Source of the DNA: Octopus vulgaris
Lineage: Eukaryota
DNA length: 64,000 nt
NCBI GenBank assembly: GCA_951406725.2
Contig: OX597824.1
Location: 55,118,001-55,182,000 of the forward strand
Direction: 5' to 3'
Position 1 is the first letter of the stretch. Every line of letters starts with the position of its first letter. This document shows, one piece after another, positions 1 through 13,473 of this stretch. The notes beneath the pieces are model-generated. The model was not told the origin of the DNA and searched no databases. It saw only the letters and a list, made by a program, of their open reading frames with translations. The position numbers were made by a program, and so were the translations under genes.

Positions 1-236
1 CGAGACATTTTGCGCCAAGTTATAACCAGCGGTGCGAGCGTAGTAGAGACCAACGTGTCAACCAATCGAATTAGTGTTTACAAGAATGTTGAACTAGCCA
101 AAGCTGTTTGTAATCTCGACCGAGGTCATTCTTAATCCTCTGCTCAAACAGTGAAGATAGCAATGAGAGACGATATTGCTACAAAAGAAACCAAAAGCAG
201 TACTCAGTAGAAGCGTGTGTTCGAGAAAACAGACAT

Positions 237-1890
237 TACTTATTTTTTATTACCCATAAAGGGCTTACATAGAGGGGGACATTACAAACATTGGGGACAC
301 AAAACATCACAAAAATACAGAAACGTATGAAAGATGAAAAATTGTGAAAATGAGAAATGAAAGCGATGTTAATGGCCCCATCTGATAACATCACTTACCT
401 GTCCTTCTTCCCTATATCGGTATAAAAAACATGTAGTCCTCCAGTTTCATCCCATATATTTCTTCCAGTTCATATCTCTTATCCGGTTCAATTGTTTTCC
501 TAATCAATTTACAACTTTTTAAAAGTTTTTCCTTGAGTTCTTTTTCTTGGTTCCCTGATGTTACTACATACATCAACCCCGCCATATCCCAGCTGTCTTG
601 CAATTCTACCTTTCCCCCAGTCCCTCAATATTTCACGTATTTCTTCCTTGTTTATTACACCTAATATATGGGGACGAGCATTTTTAAAGTTATCCTGTGT
701 GTCTGTGTTATCTTTTTTTTTTTCTTGTTGGTGGGGAGCGGGTGGGTTCAGTGTCTGCAGGGGAAGGGTGGACCACAAAGGGTGCGGGTGGTGATGGGGT
801 GGGTTCAGAACAGTTTGCCTTTTTTCTCCTTCTCTTCCTCCTTCCCATGGATTCCCATTCTGCTGGTAATTCTTCCACGTCCACTTGCTTCTCTTCCGCT
901 GTATTCTGCTCCTCCTGGGGCTCCTCTACCTTTCTTGCTGGTTCTTTTCTTTGTTCTTTTGTTGGGGAGGACAGTTAGCTCTTATGTGGCCCTTCAAGCA
1001 GCATTTGTAACAACGAGGAGCTCTGCCCTCCACCCATACTCTCATAATGATGTTTCCCATTATTATATTCTCGGCCAGTTGTTCCAACACCTCCAATTCC
1101 GCCTGGACATTCATCTCCAGTACTGCTCCTCTCCATCCTCCCTCGTCCTTCACCGTGGCATGAAGAATGTCCACCTTATCTTCATTAGCACTGATGATGG
1201 CTGTCACAATCCACTCTCCGTCTATGTCTGGTGATATTCCCTCCACCCTGATCCGGGTCGTCCTCCTTCCCAGATACGAGGGCAGAAGGAATGCCTTCTC
1301 CGACTTTATTGTTTTCGCCGCCATTCTCCTTGCCACTTTTTCGGTTTTAAATTGTACAACCACGGTGCCGAACCCAACGCCTCTTGCGAGAAACGCTACC
1401 TCCTCTTCTGGCATTCTCAGTGCTTCCTCTACCATTTCCATGCCGACCAACTCTATTCTCCTTTTTTCGTTGGTGAATACTCTATACGTAATGGTCCTCT
1501 TCTCATACCAGTCTCTTCTTTTCCTTGGCGGCGACAACTCAACTTCACTGCCGACCTTCGTAAAAATTCTTGATAACCTGGCAATTTAGCCAGATCTATC
1601 TCTTTTTCCGTTGACTTTGTCGCTCGAGCGTATGTTGTTTTTTCTCCGAGTGCTCTGCCCAATTTCCTCACTGCCTTTTCCAGTTCCTCCTTAGAGGTCG
1701 ACAGGTCCGACTCACTGAGGCTTGTAAAAACATTTTTCCTTGCCATTTTCTCCCTTAGGGAGAGGCAAACCATTTTTTCCTTGTCTGTCTCAGTACAGAC
1801 AGACAAAATTCAACAATACCGTTTAACAAAATTTAATAAACAATAACAGGCAAAGCAATTACACACAGGTTCCAAAAAACGACTACAGCC
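237..1890 (-). mobile_element. ORF1-only L1/Tx1-like non-LTR element (HAL1-like 'half-LINE'), frameshifted
   Basis: Minus-strand ORF pieces 1806-1453, 1537-926 and 778-412 join into a gag/ORF1-like protein with a CX2CX4HX4C knuckle (RCYKCCLKGHIRANC). About 170 bp after the last stop comes a 3' tail TGTCCCCCTCTATGTAAGCCC...AATAAAAAATAA. No endonuclease or RT lies between them. The 5' boundary is approximate. Confidence 0.65.
926..1537 (-). pseudogene. LINE ORF1 (gag-like) core with CCHC zinc knuckle
   Basis: ...MRVWVEGRAPRCYKCCLKGHIRANCPP: a CCHC knuckle preceded by an RRM-like region, as in L1/Tx1 ORF1. Frameshifted to the adjacent ORF pieces. Confidence 0.7.
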
Positions 1891-2179
1891 AAACTTCATA
1901 TAGATACTTAATGCTAGCTAATTAGCAGATAATCTAATGTAAAAGCCGTGGTAAAGGGTATGTGCATAGCTCCATCTGGACTATTCCATTTCTGCACATT
2001 AATTTTATTTTTAATTTATTCCCATTCATGTGAAACCACTTATTCAAGTTCAAGTCATTTATGCAATTTTATACCAATTGCTATTTCTACTTTTAATTGT
2101 TATGTTACGATTTAATTATTATATTATACTTTAGTTTGATTTTAATTATTACTTACAACATATAATTCAATTGTTATTA

Positions 2180-2472
2180 TTATCTCTAATTTTTATTGTT
2201 AAAGTGAAAGTATCTGACATAAAATAGAGAAATGTTTTTGTTTCACTTTTAATGCGTAATACTGAAATAGTGGAGAAGATATGATATCACTATGGGCTCG
2301 CCCTAGGCAAGAAGTTGAACATTTTTTGCCCATGACACTACATGGACCCTAAGTAAGGCATGTGTAAAATTTGAATGAAATTGGTTGTGTAGTTCTCAAG
2401 TTTTAGGGAAACACACAGACAGACAGACAGACAGACAGACACACATTCTCACTTATATATATATATATATAT
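2180..2472 (+). mobile_element. Non-autonomous Helitron/Helentron (HINE)-like repeat, 3' portion
   Basis: AAATTTGAATGAAATTGGTTGTGTAGTTCTCAAG followed by (ACAG)n, TTCTC and (TA)n, an architecture typical of invertebrate HINE/Lep1-like elements (pattern recognition only). Confidence 0.45.
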
Positions 2473-2623
2473 AAGTAGTTGAATGAATTATCTTAGTATG
2501 GATAATTCGGTTAACCGATACCTGGGTAGCAAATTTACGTCAGAAAAACACGGTTGAAGCTACATGCCAAGGGCAGAGATGACGTGCTTTCGTGTGGAAA
2601 TTTGTGTGTTTTTTTTAATACAA

Positions 2624-2763
2624 ATAAATGAAAGAATGGAGTTGAACGACGATTTAACAAAATTCCTTTATTCTCGACATATGTTTCGAAGGCTGCATAT
2701 TCCTAATTTCGAAGGAATAAGGAATTTTGTTAAATCGTCGTTCAACTCCATTCTTTCATTTAT
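2624..2763. repeat. Inverted repeat (~45-50 bp near-perfect arms), Penelope-like terminus with half a hammerhead motif in the spacer
   Basis: ATAAATGAAAGAATGGAGTTGAACGACGATTTAACAAAATTCCTT is followed by its reverse complement ending at 2763. The minus strand of the spacer reads CGAAACATATGTC. Confidence 0.8.
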
Positions 2764-2865
2764 ATATATATATATGTGCAGTGGAATGTCGATTTATGAA
2801 TGCTTTACATTATAAACAAATTGGTTTATGAACAACTTTTGCAATGTATTTCCACTAAGTAATAT

Positions 2866-2867
<2 letters not shown>

Positions 2868-2931
<64 letters not shown>

Positions 2932-3297
2932 TTAGCGTCCGTTCTCCATGCTAGCATGGGTTGGACTGTTCAACTGGAGTCTGTGAAGCTGGAAGGCTTC
3001 ATCAGGCCCAGTCAGATCTGGCAGTGTTTCTACGGCTGGATGCCCTTCCTAACGCCAACCACTCCGTGAGTGTAGTGGGTGCTTTTTACGTGCCACCCGC
3101 ACAAGTGCCAGACAGAGCTGGCAAACGGCCACGAACGGATGGTGCTTTTACGTGTCATCAGCACGGGGCCAGGCGAGGCTGGCAACGGACACGAACGGAT
3201 GGTGCTTTTACGTGCCACCAACACGGGGGCCAGACAGAGCTGGCAAACGGCCACGAAACGGATGGTGCTTTTACGTGTCACCGGCACGGGGGCCAGA
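2868..3297 (-). mobile_element. RTE LINE 3' end with about three 61-bp units and (TGA)n tail
   Basis: Reverse complement of the 3' UTR and tail at 29120-29497. The (CAT)n run at 2868-2930 is the tail. Truncated at a TA run. Confidence 0.9.
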
Positions 3298-3896
3298 TAT
3301 ATATATATATGTATATATGCATGGAAAGAAATGGTGTGTTCTTATGCAGGAAGAAATTTGTTTTGGAGTTTGGGAGTGCACCTGGATCATAACATGCACA
3401 TGGAAACAAAGTCAAACACTCAAATTAACAAAGCTTTATATAAATACCTGTTCATGCATATACAGACGAGTGTGTGTATGTATTATAAATATAGATATAT
3501 ATATAATGATAAAAGTGAAAAGGGCACTGGCTATGAGCTTGAGACAGGGGTGACAATGCTACTATCTTCAGATCAAAGACATTACTTGAATGCTTGTAAC
3601 AAGAATCCATTAAAGACATTTAAAGGTCCGATAGTGATGTGAATGTAGGTAACACATGAAGCCTCTCTCTCTCCCTCTCTCTCTTTTTCTCTTCCCCTTA
3701 CTTTCACTTTTTCCTCTTTTCCATACACATGGCAGATCACTGTTGAGTCTATCTTGTTTATACACACACACACACACACATACACACACACACACACACA
3801 CACAAATCACACGCTTTTGTGTGAGTGTGAGTGTGAGTGTGAGAGAGTCAACAGATGAGATTCAGAGATTCTCAGTAAAGAAAACACTTAGTGGCA

Positions 3897-4459
3897 CTCA
3901 TGGCTGCTTATAAATGCCAAAACCTTCCCAGGTGAAGAATGTACCCCACAACATAGACTAGTAGTTAATGACTTCAGGATCAGGGCTAAATGGATGCCCA
4001 GAAGACGACCAGCTAGGAGAAGAAGGGTCTGGAGACGTAAAGATCCTGTGAATAGACAGAGATTTAGACATATTACTCGAAGCCTTTGACGAAATAGAAG
4101 GAGATATAGCTTCACATGGTATAGAAGACAACTGGAGGTTCCTACGGAACAACCTGCTATGGGCCACCAACCAGATCTGTGGATGGTGCAAAGTTCCCTC
4201 TCGACCCAAAATAACATGGTGGTGGAACAATGTCGTTGACAGGGCTATTAGACAAAAGAAACAGGCTTGGAAGGACTGGAAGAACTGTGGTAGCAGGGAA
4301 GTGTATCAGACCGCCAGAAGGGAAGCTAGGAGGCAGGTTTATTTAGCCAGAGAGGAAGCAGATAAGAAAAAAATTGCCAATGTTCTGCACCGTGAGAACG
4401 AAAGACTTGAGGTATTTCGTGTTGTAAGACAGTGTGTGAGAGAGAATCATGATGTGGTA
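3897..4459 (+). mobile_element. RTE LINE internal fragment (end of APE domain plus linker)
   Basis: Closely matches 26017-26580 (WLLINAKTFPGEECTPQHRLVV...YQTARREARRQVYLAR). Ends at the junction with Gypsy pol. Confidence 0.9.
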
Positions 4460-5901
4460 GGGTATCTTTCCCAGAGCTGGTGGATCTGACTTTCAAATCA
4501 GTGAAAGTCACACACTCAACTCGATCGCTATCCTATAAGGAATCTTCAGGATTTTTCTTCGAACTTGCATGGTTGTACCATTTTTTTCCAAGGTTGACCT
4601 CATCCGGGCTTATCATCAGATCCAATGTACCCTGACGACATTCCCAAAACTGCTGTTACCATCCCCTTTGAAAGTTTCGAGTTCCTGTTTATGAGCTTCG
4701 GTTTGCGGAATGCAACAAGTACATTCCAGAGGTCTATTGACGAAGTTGTCCATGGACTTGATTTTGTGTTCGCTTATGTCGGTGATTTGCTCATAGCTGG
4801 CGACATGTGTGAAAATCATCTCCAACACTTATCTCATCTTTTTCAGCGTCTTAGCACCTACAATGTGAGAATCAACCCCTATAAGTGTGTTTTTGGGCAG
4901 TCCTCTCTGGAATTTCTGGGGCATTATATCGACTTGAATTGTATCAGACCTCTCCCATGCAAAGTTGATGCAATTCAACGCATCTCACCTCCCACTTCTC
5001 TCTTCCAATTGCATCACTTTTTGGGAATCGCCAACTTCTAAAGACGCTTCATATGTAAATGTGCAGACTCAACAACTGAAAGCAAATATAAAAAGAGATG
5101 CTCCTATCACTGTATCTGCCGAAGCATTATCTTCATTTGAGTCAATTAAGAAGGAAATAGCTTCTGTTCCCTTGCTTGTACATCTGGCTCCTGATGCATG
5201 TCTCTCTTTAACAGTTGATGCATCAGATTCCGCGGTTGGTGCTGTTTTGCAACATACTGTCAATAATCAAACTTGGCCTTTGGCATTTTTTCTCATCAAT
5301 TAAAACCAGCTGAACGTTGTTACAGTACGTTTGATCGTGAACTCTTAGCAATCTACCTGTCAATTCATCACTTTTAACATCAATTCAAGGGCCAGGATTT
5401 TGTGATTTATACTGTACTGATCACAAGCCTTTTACGTTTGCTCTGTCATCCAAATTGGACAAACACTCGCCTCGTGCTTTTCGTCACCTGGATTACATTT
5501 CTCAGTTCACGAATGATATTCGGCATATTCCTGGATCAGAGAACGTGCCTGCTGATGCACTCTCTCGTCTCCCTGTATGTTCTCTTTTAACTTTTGTAGC
5601 AATCGATTTAACTGCTATTGCTCAGGATCAGCCAGCTCTGGACACATTGGTTCTAACTTCCACCAAGCTGTCCTGTTGCAAGTTTGCCTATCTTTTACTT
5701 CCATCTGCTGAAAGCACAATTCATTGTGTTACAGCTACTGGTTCTCCCAGACCATTTGTACCTGCGACCCACCAGTATTCTGCTTTCGATGCCTTGCATT
5801 CACTGTCACATCCTGGCATCGCTGCCTCGGTGAAGCTTATTACGGCTTGGTTTTTCTGACCTAATATGCACCAGATGATCACTGCTTGAGCACGCTCTTG
5901 T

Positions 5902-7005
5902 GTGAAATGCCAGCATTCTAAAATCCACAGGCACATTCGCGCTCCTCTTGGACAGTTTTCTCTGCCAGAAACTCACTTTCGCCATGTCCACATTGATCTG
6001 GTTGGACCATGGCCTGTCAGTCGTGGGTTCTCTTACATATTGACATGCGTCAATTGTTTCTCTCATTGGCCTGAAGCTATTCCAATAGTGGACATTTCCG
6101 CTGAGTCAGTTGCTCGAGCTTTTGTTTCTAACTGGATTGCACACTTTGATGTCCCAGCTAAAATAACCACTGATCGTAGACGCCAGTTCGAAGCTTCCTT
6201 ATTTTGTGAATTGTTGCAAATCCTAGGCATTCCTCACATTCGTATGACCAGCTACTATCCAGCTTCCAACAGGATGGTTGAACATTTCCACAGGCAACTG
6301 AAGGTTGCTCTATGCGCCACTCCTAATCCACAATCTTGGACAGAATTCTTGCCTCTCGTTCTTCTTGGTTGTTACACTGCTGTTAAAATAGACTTAGGTT
6401 TCTTCTCAGCTGAACTCCTTTATGGTACCATCCTAGCACTCCCTGGCACAATGTTGTCACCAGACATTTCATCGCATCCTGATCCAACGTCGTATGTCAC
6501 TAGACTTCACTCGTATTACTCAAGTCTTCCACCCATGCATCCACGTAACCAGTCTATTCCCTCGCACATCCCATCGGACATTGACAAATGGACTCACGTT
6601 TTTGTTCGGGATGATTCTGTCAAGGAACCTCCCATTTCTCCTTATAAGGGACCATTTTATGTGCTATTGCACTCACCCAAAACTTTTAGTCTCGACATCA
6701 ATGGTCGGGCAGAGACTGTGTCGGTTGACAGAATTAAAAGGGCACATTTTGAGGTGTCCACACCCTTCGATGACACCCCAAACACGTCCACCTTTGATCC
6801 TTTACAACCACCTACATCCACCTGCACATGCACTTTGACCACACCATCACCTACACCACTTTGTCGCCACTACCTAACACGAACAAACCCTATGTCACCA
6901 GGACAGGTTGCACTGTGCATTGGCCCCAAAGACTCACTAGAACTATTTACATCTAACTTTTTTTCTTTTTCTTCATGCGACAGACAATTGTTTCTCGTGT
7001 GCTGA
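5902..7005 (+). pseudogene. Gypsy integrase core
   Basis: FRHVHIDLVGPWP...ITTDRRRQFE...NRMVEHFHRQLK and a GPY/F motif (PYKGPF). In-frame stops lie upstream. Confidence 0.85.
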
Positions 7006-7216
7006 ACAATACCAATGCCTTGTCATTGAACTCTGTAAAATAATATTTTGTGCATGCTCCTTTACATTGCTTGTGATTATTTTTTCTCTCAGTTTCACAT
7101 TTTGTATTATATTTTGTACCACATCTTGTTGTTTGTGATTGGTGGGCCATTTTTGCTTTCTTGTGCATGCTCCAGTCATTCTAGTTTTCACACTGGCATT
7201 CTCAGTGGGGAGCCCC

Positions 7217-7707
7217 TGTAGCGTGGCACAAGAAGCCAGCGCCATTTTGTATGAAATCTCGCTGCGGCTATTGCCAGGTCTGAGACAAGAGCGAGATCTT
7301 GCCTACAACCATGTTTGCCATGTGTGAGACCACAGTGAGGCTCTCGTGGGCAACATCTATTTAAGGAGGTGTATTGAGCAACCCGTTCTTCTCTCACGTT
7401 GGCACTCACGCTGAACAACACTGCAACCTAGCAGCTCACAGTGGATTCTTAACCCTCTCTAACTTTACCCGTTATCTCCAGAGGTAATGTACTTCTCGTG
7501 AACGGAGCTAATGAAATACGTGATGACATACAGATGATCGTCAGGAGCAAACCCCCATGAAATGAGAACCAAATAAACAACCATTGAATTGCAACCACTT
7601 GTAAACCTCTTCTTCTTTGACTTCCAGAATCCTAAGACTATGAAAAGTAATTGTAATGGGAGAAGGAGATACTCCACAGGTATCAGGAACCTTCTAGTAC
7701 TATTATA
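7217..7707 (+). repeat. Putative 3' LTR
   Basis: Starts TGTAGC after the PPT. Its last ~55 bp match the end of the TSD-flanked solo LTR at 53608-54685. Confidence 0.6.
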
Positions 7708-9456
7708 AGTACATAATTGCCTAGATTAATTTGGAAGTCAACAGAGCGATAGGCTGTGCAATCTCCCTCATACTGCTTGTGTAGCAATGGAGTTCATCTT
7801 GAAGGCAGCAATGGGATTTTGGATGCCACCTCTAAAAGCCTTCATAGACAACAGTCCTTTGCACAAAGGACGATGAAGCATGCAGGATGCTGAAACAGTT
7901 GGATGAAGTAGTTGCATCTTCTAGAATGAGGTTCAAACCAAAGACATACCAGATCCTCTCTCTACAAGAAAGGAAATTAATGAAAAGAATTGTGTTCACA
8001 ATACCTAATCAAAGTATCCCAAAAGTGACAGAGGAACCAGGCAAAAACCCAGGAAAATGATATGATGATACCCTGAAAGATATGAAAAGGGAGATTAAAA
8101 CCAAACAAATTGTAGAAAGGATCTGCAGGTCATAGACCAGTGTGGCCTCTCTAGCAAATACAGGGTTTGGTGATTGTAGTTCATGTTAATTCCAAAGCTT
8201 CTCTGTTCTCTGCTGGTTTACGATATCAGCACTAGTACAGTTGAGGATATGGACGCCAAAATCAGTAAGAACACAAGGAAGTGGCTTGGTGTTCCACCAG
8301 GTCTCACTAATGTTGCACTCTACTGAAGCTACTTCTCAAGTCCATTGTTGAGGAATACAAAGTCAGAAGACGCAGAAGACAAGGTTGTTAGGTCAGTCCA
8401 GCTCAAGCTGAAGACAGATAGGAAGTGGAAAGCCCAGGAAATGGAAAGCCCAGCTCAATCTGAAGATAGACAGGAAATGGAAAGCCCAGGAAGTGGTGGA
8501 TTCAGCAAAGTAAAGCCCTATTATCAAAGAAATAATGGGATACATTCAGGCCAATAGTCAGGGACTGGGAGTAACAAAAATGGAATGGTGATCAGAGGCC
8601 AAGGAAAAGATCAGAAGAAATTTGATTTTACAAGAGGTGAAAACAGAAATGGATGTCATAAGAATCCCCAAGGCAGTACAGCAGAGTTAACAGGGCCAGT
8701 GAATGATGTGGGTAGGTGCACTCCGGAAGTGTCTCAGCTGGAAAATTTTATCCTTAGATCTGCTTTCAAATATGAATCTAGTGAAGTGGGGCAAATTAAA
8801 TAACCCAGAGTGCTCACTTTGCCAAAGTAGTCAGACCATGGAACATGTTATGAGCTCATGCATAACAGTACAACCCAAAGAAGATGCACATGGACGCATA
8901 ATCAAGTGCTTAAGGCGATTGCACATGTGATAAGTACGGCAAAAGTAAAATCTGTAGCACCAGATCTTCCAGCAACATTCTATAAAGCAGGAGGCAGCAA
9001 ATCATTGTCAGGAACAGCTATGCCATATGGGGCATAGGAGTGGAGTCTTCTGGGCGGTGTGATTTACTGGGAATGCTCAGCAGGTCTTTCAGGATCAACA
9101 AAGCAACCAGAAATCATCAGGAAGAGTGACTTGAGGTTAGATATCATACTCCATTCCAGTTCATCAAAGGAACTGATTTTGATTGAACTCACTGTGTCAT
9201 TGAATGTAGAGTTCAAAATTGAAAAATACACCAGTTTGGCCAACAGCCTCAGGGAAACCAACTTCTAGGTCAAGGTTCTTGCCATAGAGGTTGGAGCCAG
9301 AGGTTTTGAGAGCAAATCTGCTTATGATCTCATGAAACAACTCTCTGTCTCTGGGAGGAACAGGATCAAAACCTTAAAGACAATATCAGGAACAGTTGAT
9401 CAGTGTTCCAGCTGAAGCTGGTCGAGGAGAAATAAAAACGACCACCATACCGTTTG
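7708..9456 (+). mobile_element. HERO/R2-group non-LTR retrotransposon remnant (restriction-like endonuclease)
   Basis: Degenerate RT end, zinc motif CSLCQSSQTMEHVMSSC and RLE-like LRLDIILHSSSSKELILIELTV...EVGARGF. Many stops and frameshifts. Confidence 0.7.
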
Positions 9457-9749
9457 AGGGTAATATGTTTGTATTTTAACACTAAGGGAAATAACTTTGA
9501 GTGAGTCATGGTGATAGCATTGACACTGTTGACATTTCACTACTTCCATGACTACCAGTATTATTTCTTATTTAAATATAATCTTGAAAGCAGAAGCAGT
9601 GGAGAAGAGTTCCAACTAGATCAAATCTTCATGCAGTTTAAATACGCAAATCTCTGATAGTTAGAATGCATCAGCAGAAGGGCACCCAGGGATCATTCTG
9701 TATGTGGCCGGTCCCCTTAGAGTGTAAGAAGTTAAGGTCCAAAACATTT

Positions 9750-11460
9750 ACTTGACAGTGATTTCTTTCCTGAAGATCTGTCCAGCTCTCCTGAAAGTTT
9801 ATTTTTTTCTAAGGGGTCCTTTGGCCACTGCCTTATTACTACTGCCAAACTCAATTACATACTACATAATGCTCTTCTCTATCTACCTGACCCTTTGGTA
9901 CTTCAGGTCAACTGAATGGCAAGTGCTCTACTATTTCTCTACTAATTATCCCTAGCAGTGTGTATGCATCACAGCTCATCTATCAGAAACAGCAAAGTCA
10001 GTAACAAAAGCCATCCTCCACATCTTCACAAAGCACAAACTCAGTGATCCAAATCCTCCAAGTGAGTCACTCAAAGCTGTACTATGGCAACTCAGGAAAC
10101 TAGATGACTCTACAACATCACACAAGACAACCATCCAAACTATGAGGAATGCTTTCATGCATCTTACTTTTCACAAGCTATCTTAGCTCTCAAATTGCAG
10201 ATAATTCATTTGCTCCATTGTCAAAAGGATCTGTACCAACTTTCTGAATCTCCCTTTCCTCCACTTCTAAACCATGGTGAACCTATGAATACTACGACAA
10301 GAGAAAGACTCCACCTTTGATGTCCAGGTTGCATCCAACTTCATGCTACACACATTCAGAAAATCTTCAAAAGTATCCCCTTCTACTCCACCATGCATAC
10401 ACATACACCAAATATGAAAGTACATTTGGTTGCTTTAAACAAACAAAACCAGCAGCTCTGACTGACAATGTTCCTTCTACTTATATTACTTCAAATATTT
10501 CCCTTGAGATTTAACCTCTGTAGTCACAATTTTTAAAATCTCACTCTGTCTACAGCTATATATCCCAATCTTTGAAAATACACTATGTGTTCCACTAGCA
10601 AGAACAACCCTTATAACCCTGCCAACTACCATCCTATTGCACCCACTTCCAATATCTCACAGGTAATGAAAACAACCATTAATGATATTCTCCAGCAACC
10701 TGAATGTCTCTCACTCCTCAATAACCACTTTTACAGGTTTCATAAATTTGGATATATTGAGGACCTACAATCTTACATCACTCACTACTAAGCTCTTGCT
10801 CAACAGAAACTTAGTGGAAATAATGATGACCCTCAACAGCATCAAATTTTTCAATATTAATTGTATCTGGTAAGTGAATCTCCTATCCAATCCTATCAAC
10901 TTTGATGTCTTTAATATTTGGTTCTATCCACCAATCTTTCTTCTATGCTTTCTATCCCTTCAAAGCCATACCATCACTTTCAACAACATCTATTCCTTCT
11001 TAACCTTCAGCACCTAAGAGCTCACTCACATACCAAATCTGTATAGACTACATGAAAAAGACCTTGAAAACACATCCTTCAACAGGGTCATGTTATTTAA
11101 AAAAAAAAAAAAAATGAAAAAAAAATCACTGTATATATCAAGAAAACAGCATTATATTCATCACATTTCACCACCACTAAACATACATCCACAGATCTTA
11201 TGACTTCTACAAACACTCACAGTATTTTACTGTACCTAAGGATCTTTCTTGGCAATTGCATTTAAATGACTAGCCCTTCTCTTCAGAGATACGAAAATAC
11301 TAACGACAATTAGCCTTCAGGTGAAATCCATAATGGAATACCACTGCTACACATATATCCAAGACAACATCCAAAGAATGACCTCTCAACTGTTTGGTAT
11401 AAAGTCACTCATAGATACATTCCAGTTGCTTTTCCACATATGTGCTCTCTTCTCTCTTTG
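9750..11460 (+). mobile_element. Highly decayed CR1/L2-group LINE
   Basis: NPANYHPIAPTSNISQVMK (NYRPI motif remnant) at ~10610. The rest is heavily degraded and boundaries are approximate. Confidence 0.5.
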
Positions 11461-11835
11461 CTATTCTTTGGGTAGAAATACTTGTCTATAATCAAGTTTT
11501 TTTCCCATGGGAAAATTTAAGTTCAACACTAAAATTGTATCAGAAATCTTATCAGTTATATAGTACACTTGCTTTTCTCACAGCATGACATGTATTCATA
11601 TCTAGGTTCATTGGGTTTTATCATGAATACAATAAGCACTTATTACACATCTAGAACTGTCTTGTCGATTCATTATTTACTTACATGATTATTTTAATCA
11701 ATAGTGCGAAGTCTGCAAAAAGGAAATTAATTTAGTTTTCTGTATTTTCATTTGATCTAATAACACCATACCAGTTTGCAGTTGTTGGTAGGAAAATAGC
11801 TAATTTCTCAAAGAGCAAACACAAGGAATTTCAGA

Positions 11836-11883
11836 ATGTATAAGCAACCTACATGTTATGAACCTGTTTTTGTGAGTAAACCG
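11836..11883 (+). CDS. Galectin, putative first coding exon (MYKQPTCYEPVFVSKP)
   Basis: ATG at 11836, 16 codons, strong donor CCG|GTAAGA in phase 0. It joins in frame to CIPYVG... at 46876, giving a galectin-type N-terminus (compare galectin-4 ...QPTYNP|TLPY). The long-range join is inferred. Confidence 0.6.
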
Positions 11884-12829
11884 GTAAGAAAATTTGTAAG
11901 GCATCTCAATATGTGTGCGTATGTATCTGTGTCAACATGTGGGTGCTTGCATATGTATCTGCTTGCCTTTCTTATTGTGCATTATTTGTGTCTTGTACAT
12001 TTCACAAACTTGTATTTCATTTTGTGTAATGTGTACACAAGTTAATCATTCCTTTAAACACTATTATTTACTAACTGAATCCCAACCAATCGGTAGTTCT
12101 TGGGTGTCTTTAACAAAGTTCATTATGATTTAGGTTACTGTAGTTCATCGTTTATATAAATCCAACAAATATTTTTCTTGCAAACAGCAATCTACAGATA
12201 TTTAAAGTGATCATCATTATTATGAATCAAAGAAGACCATCAAATATTATGGCAAACCCCTTCTTCAGCTAATTGATTTGTTAAAAAGATATAACTTTTC
12301 CAGAAAAGTCCTAAGCAAAAGTCCCATGTTGTCTTCTCTGCCAACCCTGTTACTTGAATTTTGGTGCCCCCTGTGACTTTGTATAAATCTCTATTGCATT
12401 GTAGAATTTGTACCAAAATACACACACACACACATATGATGTATTGGAGCATCTATAGTCTTTTGAACTGAATATAGTTAATATTAACTGCTGGCAAATG
12501 ATGGGATAAAATGTCAAAGCTGTCTAGTAGGATTTGAACTCAGTCACTAAACAATGATATTTAATTATTGCTCAGCAAGTTACCATTTGAGAGATAGAAG
12601 AGATAGAAGAGGTAAATCGATACAATTTTGTAAAGACTGTAACTCAGAAAATATTTATTTAAACTTTTAAGAAAAAAGGAAAAACAAGTAATTTTGCAAG
12701 TGTCAAATGAATAGGTTTCCAAAATGTTAAAAAAAATAATGTGATGTACATTTGGTTGACTTTAGCTTAAAAAAAAGGGAAAAAGTAAGAAGTAAATTCC
12801 GTTTGAACATTTGTTTAAAAGGTGTAATT

Positions 12830-13062
12830 ATAGGGCGAAAACAAAAAGGGAAGTAGTGGTTTCACCTCGGAGCGAGGCTAGACGTTGTGTAATAAATTAA
12901 TGGTAAAGGAATACACGGTTTCATCTTGCAGTGGGAGCGAGATGGTTGGCTCATTTACATTGTAAATACATTGATTTCACTTTCATCCTTCGTATGTTTT
13001 ATGTTCCCGCATATCTTTGTATGTCCCCTCTGTAATTAGGCCTTGTGCCTGTTATAAAGAAT
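12830..13062 (+). mobile_element. L1/Tx1-like 3' end fragment
   Basis: The tail TGTATGTCCCCTCTGTAATTAGGCC...ATAAAGAA resembles the tail of the element at 237-300. The 5' boundary is approximate. Confidence 0.45.
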
Positions 13063-13473
13063 CTCGCTAGCAAGTCATGCCTACTTTTTTCTGTACGTCG
13101 TCGATATTGCAACATACCTTGTTATGTGAGTTCGTTTCCGTGTGCTTTTTCTGTCATTGCATATTTTGTTTACCTTATTGTTATTTGAACTGTTGTCTGT
13201 TTGGAAACAGTAATTTTCGCCCTATGGGGCAAAAAATACTGAAAAAAAAATTCGGTTGTTGGATTATTTTTCTGAAAATTTATTGAACTGTTAATTTGCC
13301 TATTGCTGGGCAGAATTGTTCGGTGAGCAGATTGAGTTAATGGCGTTGTGGTTTAGATGTATCGAGGTGCCACCAGTGGTGGCAGTCAAAGACATTATGC
13401 AATACTTTGTTGATGAAAATGATAAGTAAAATTTGTAAAATTGAAATGTGTTTAAAAAAAAAAAAGAACCATA

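Larger units (their letters stand above)
4460..7707 (+). mobile_element. Ty3/Gypsy LTR retrotransposon, 5'-truncated: degenerate RT-RNaseH-integrase plus 3' LTR
   Basis: RT motifs DLIRAYHQI, MSFGLRNA and YVGDLLI. RNase H DASDSAVGAVL. Integrase HSLSHPG...CVKC and HIDLVGP. PPT-like AGTGGGGAG precedes TGTAGC at 7217. Confidence 0.9.

Noticed and set aside
668-1234. Hydrophobic 188-aa + strand ORF resembling a membrane protein
   Set aside because: It is the antisense shadow of the purine-rich ORF1 on the minus strand.
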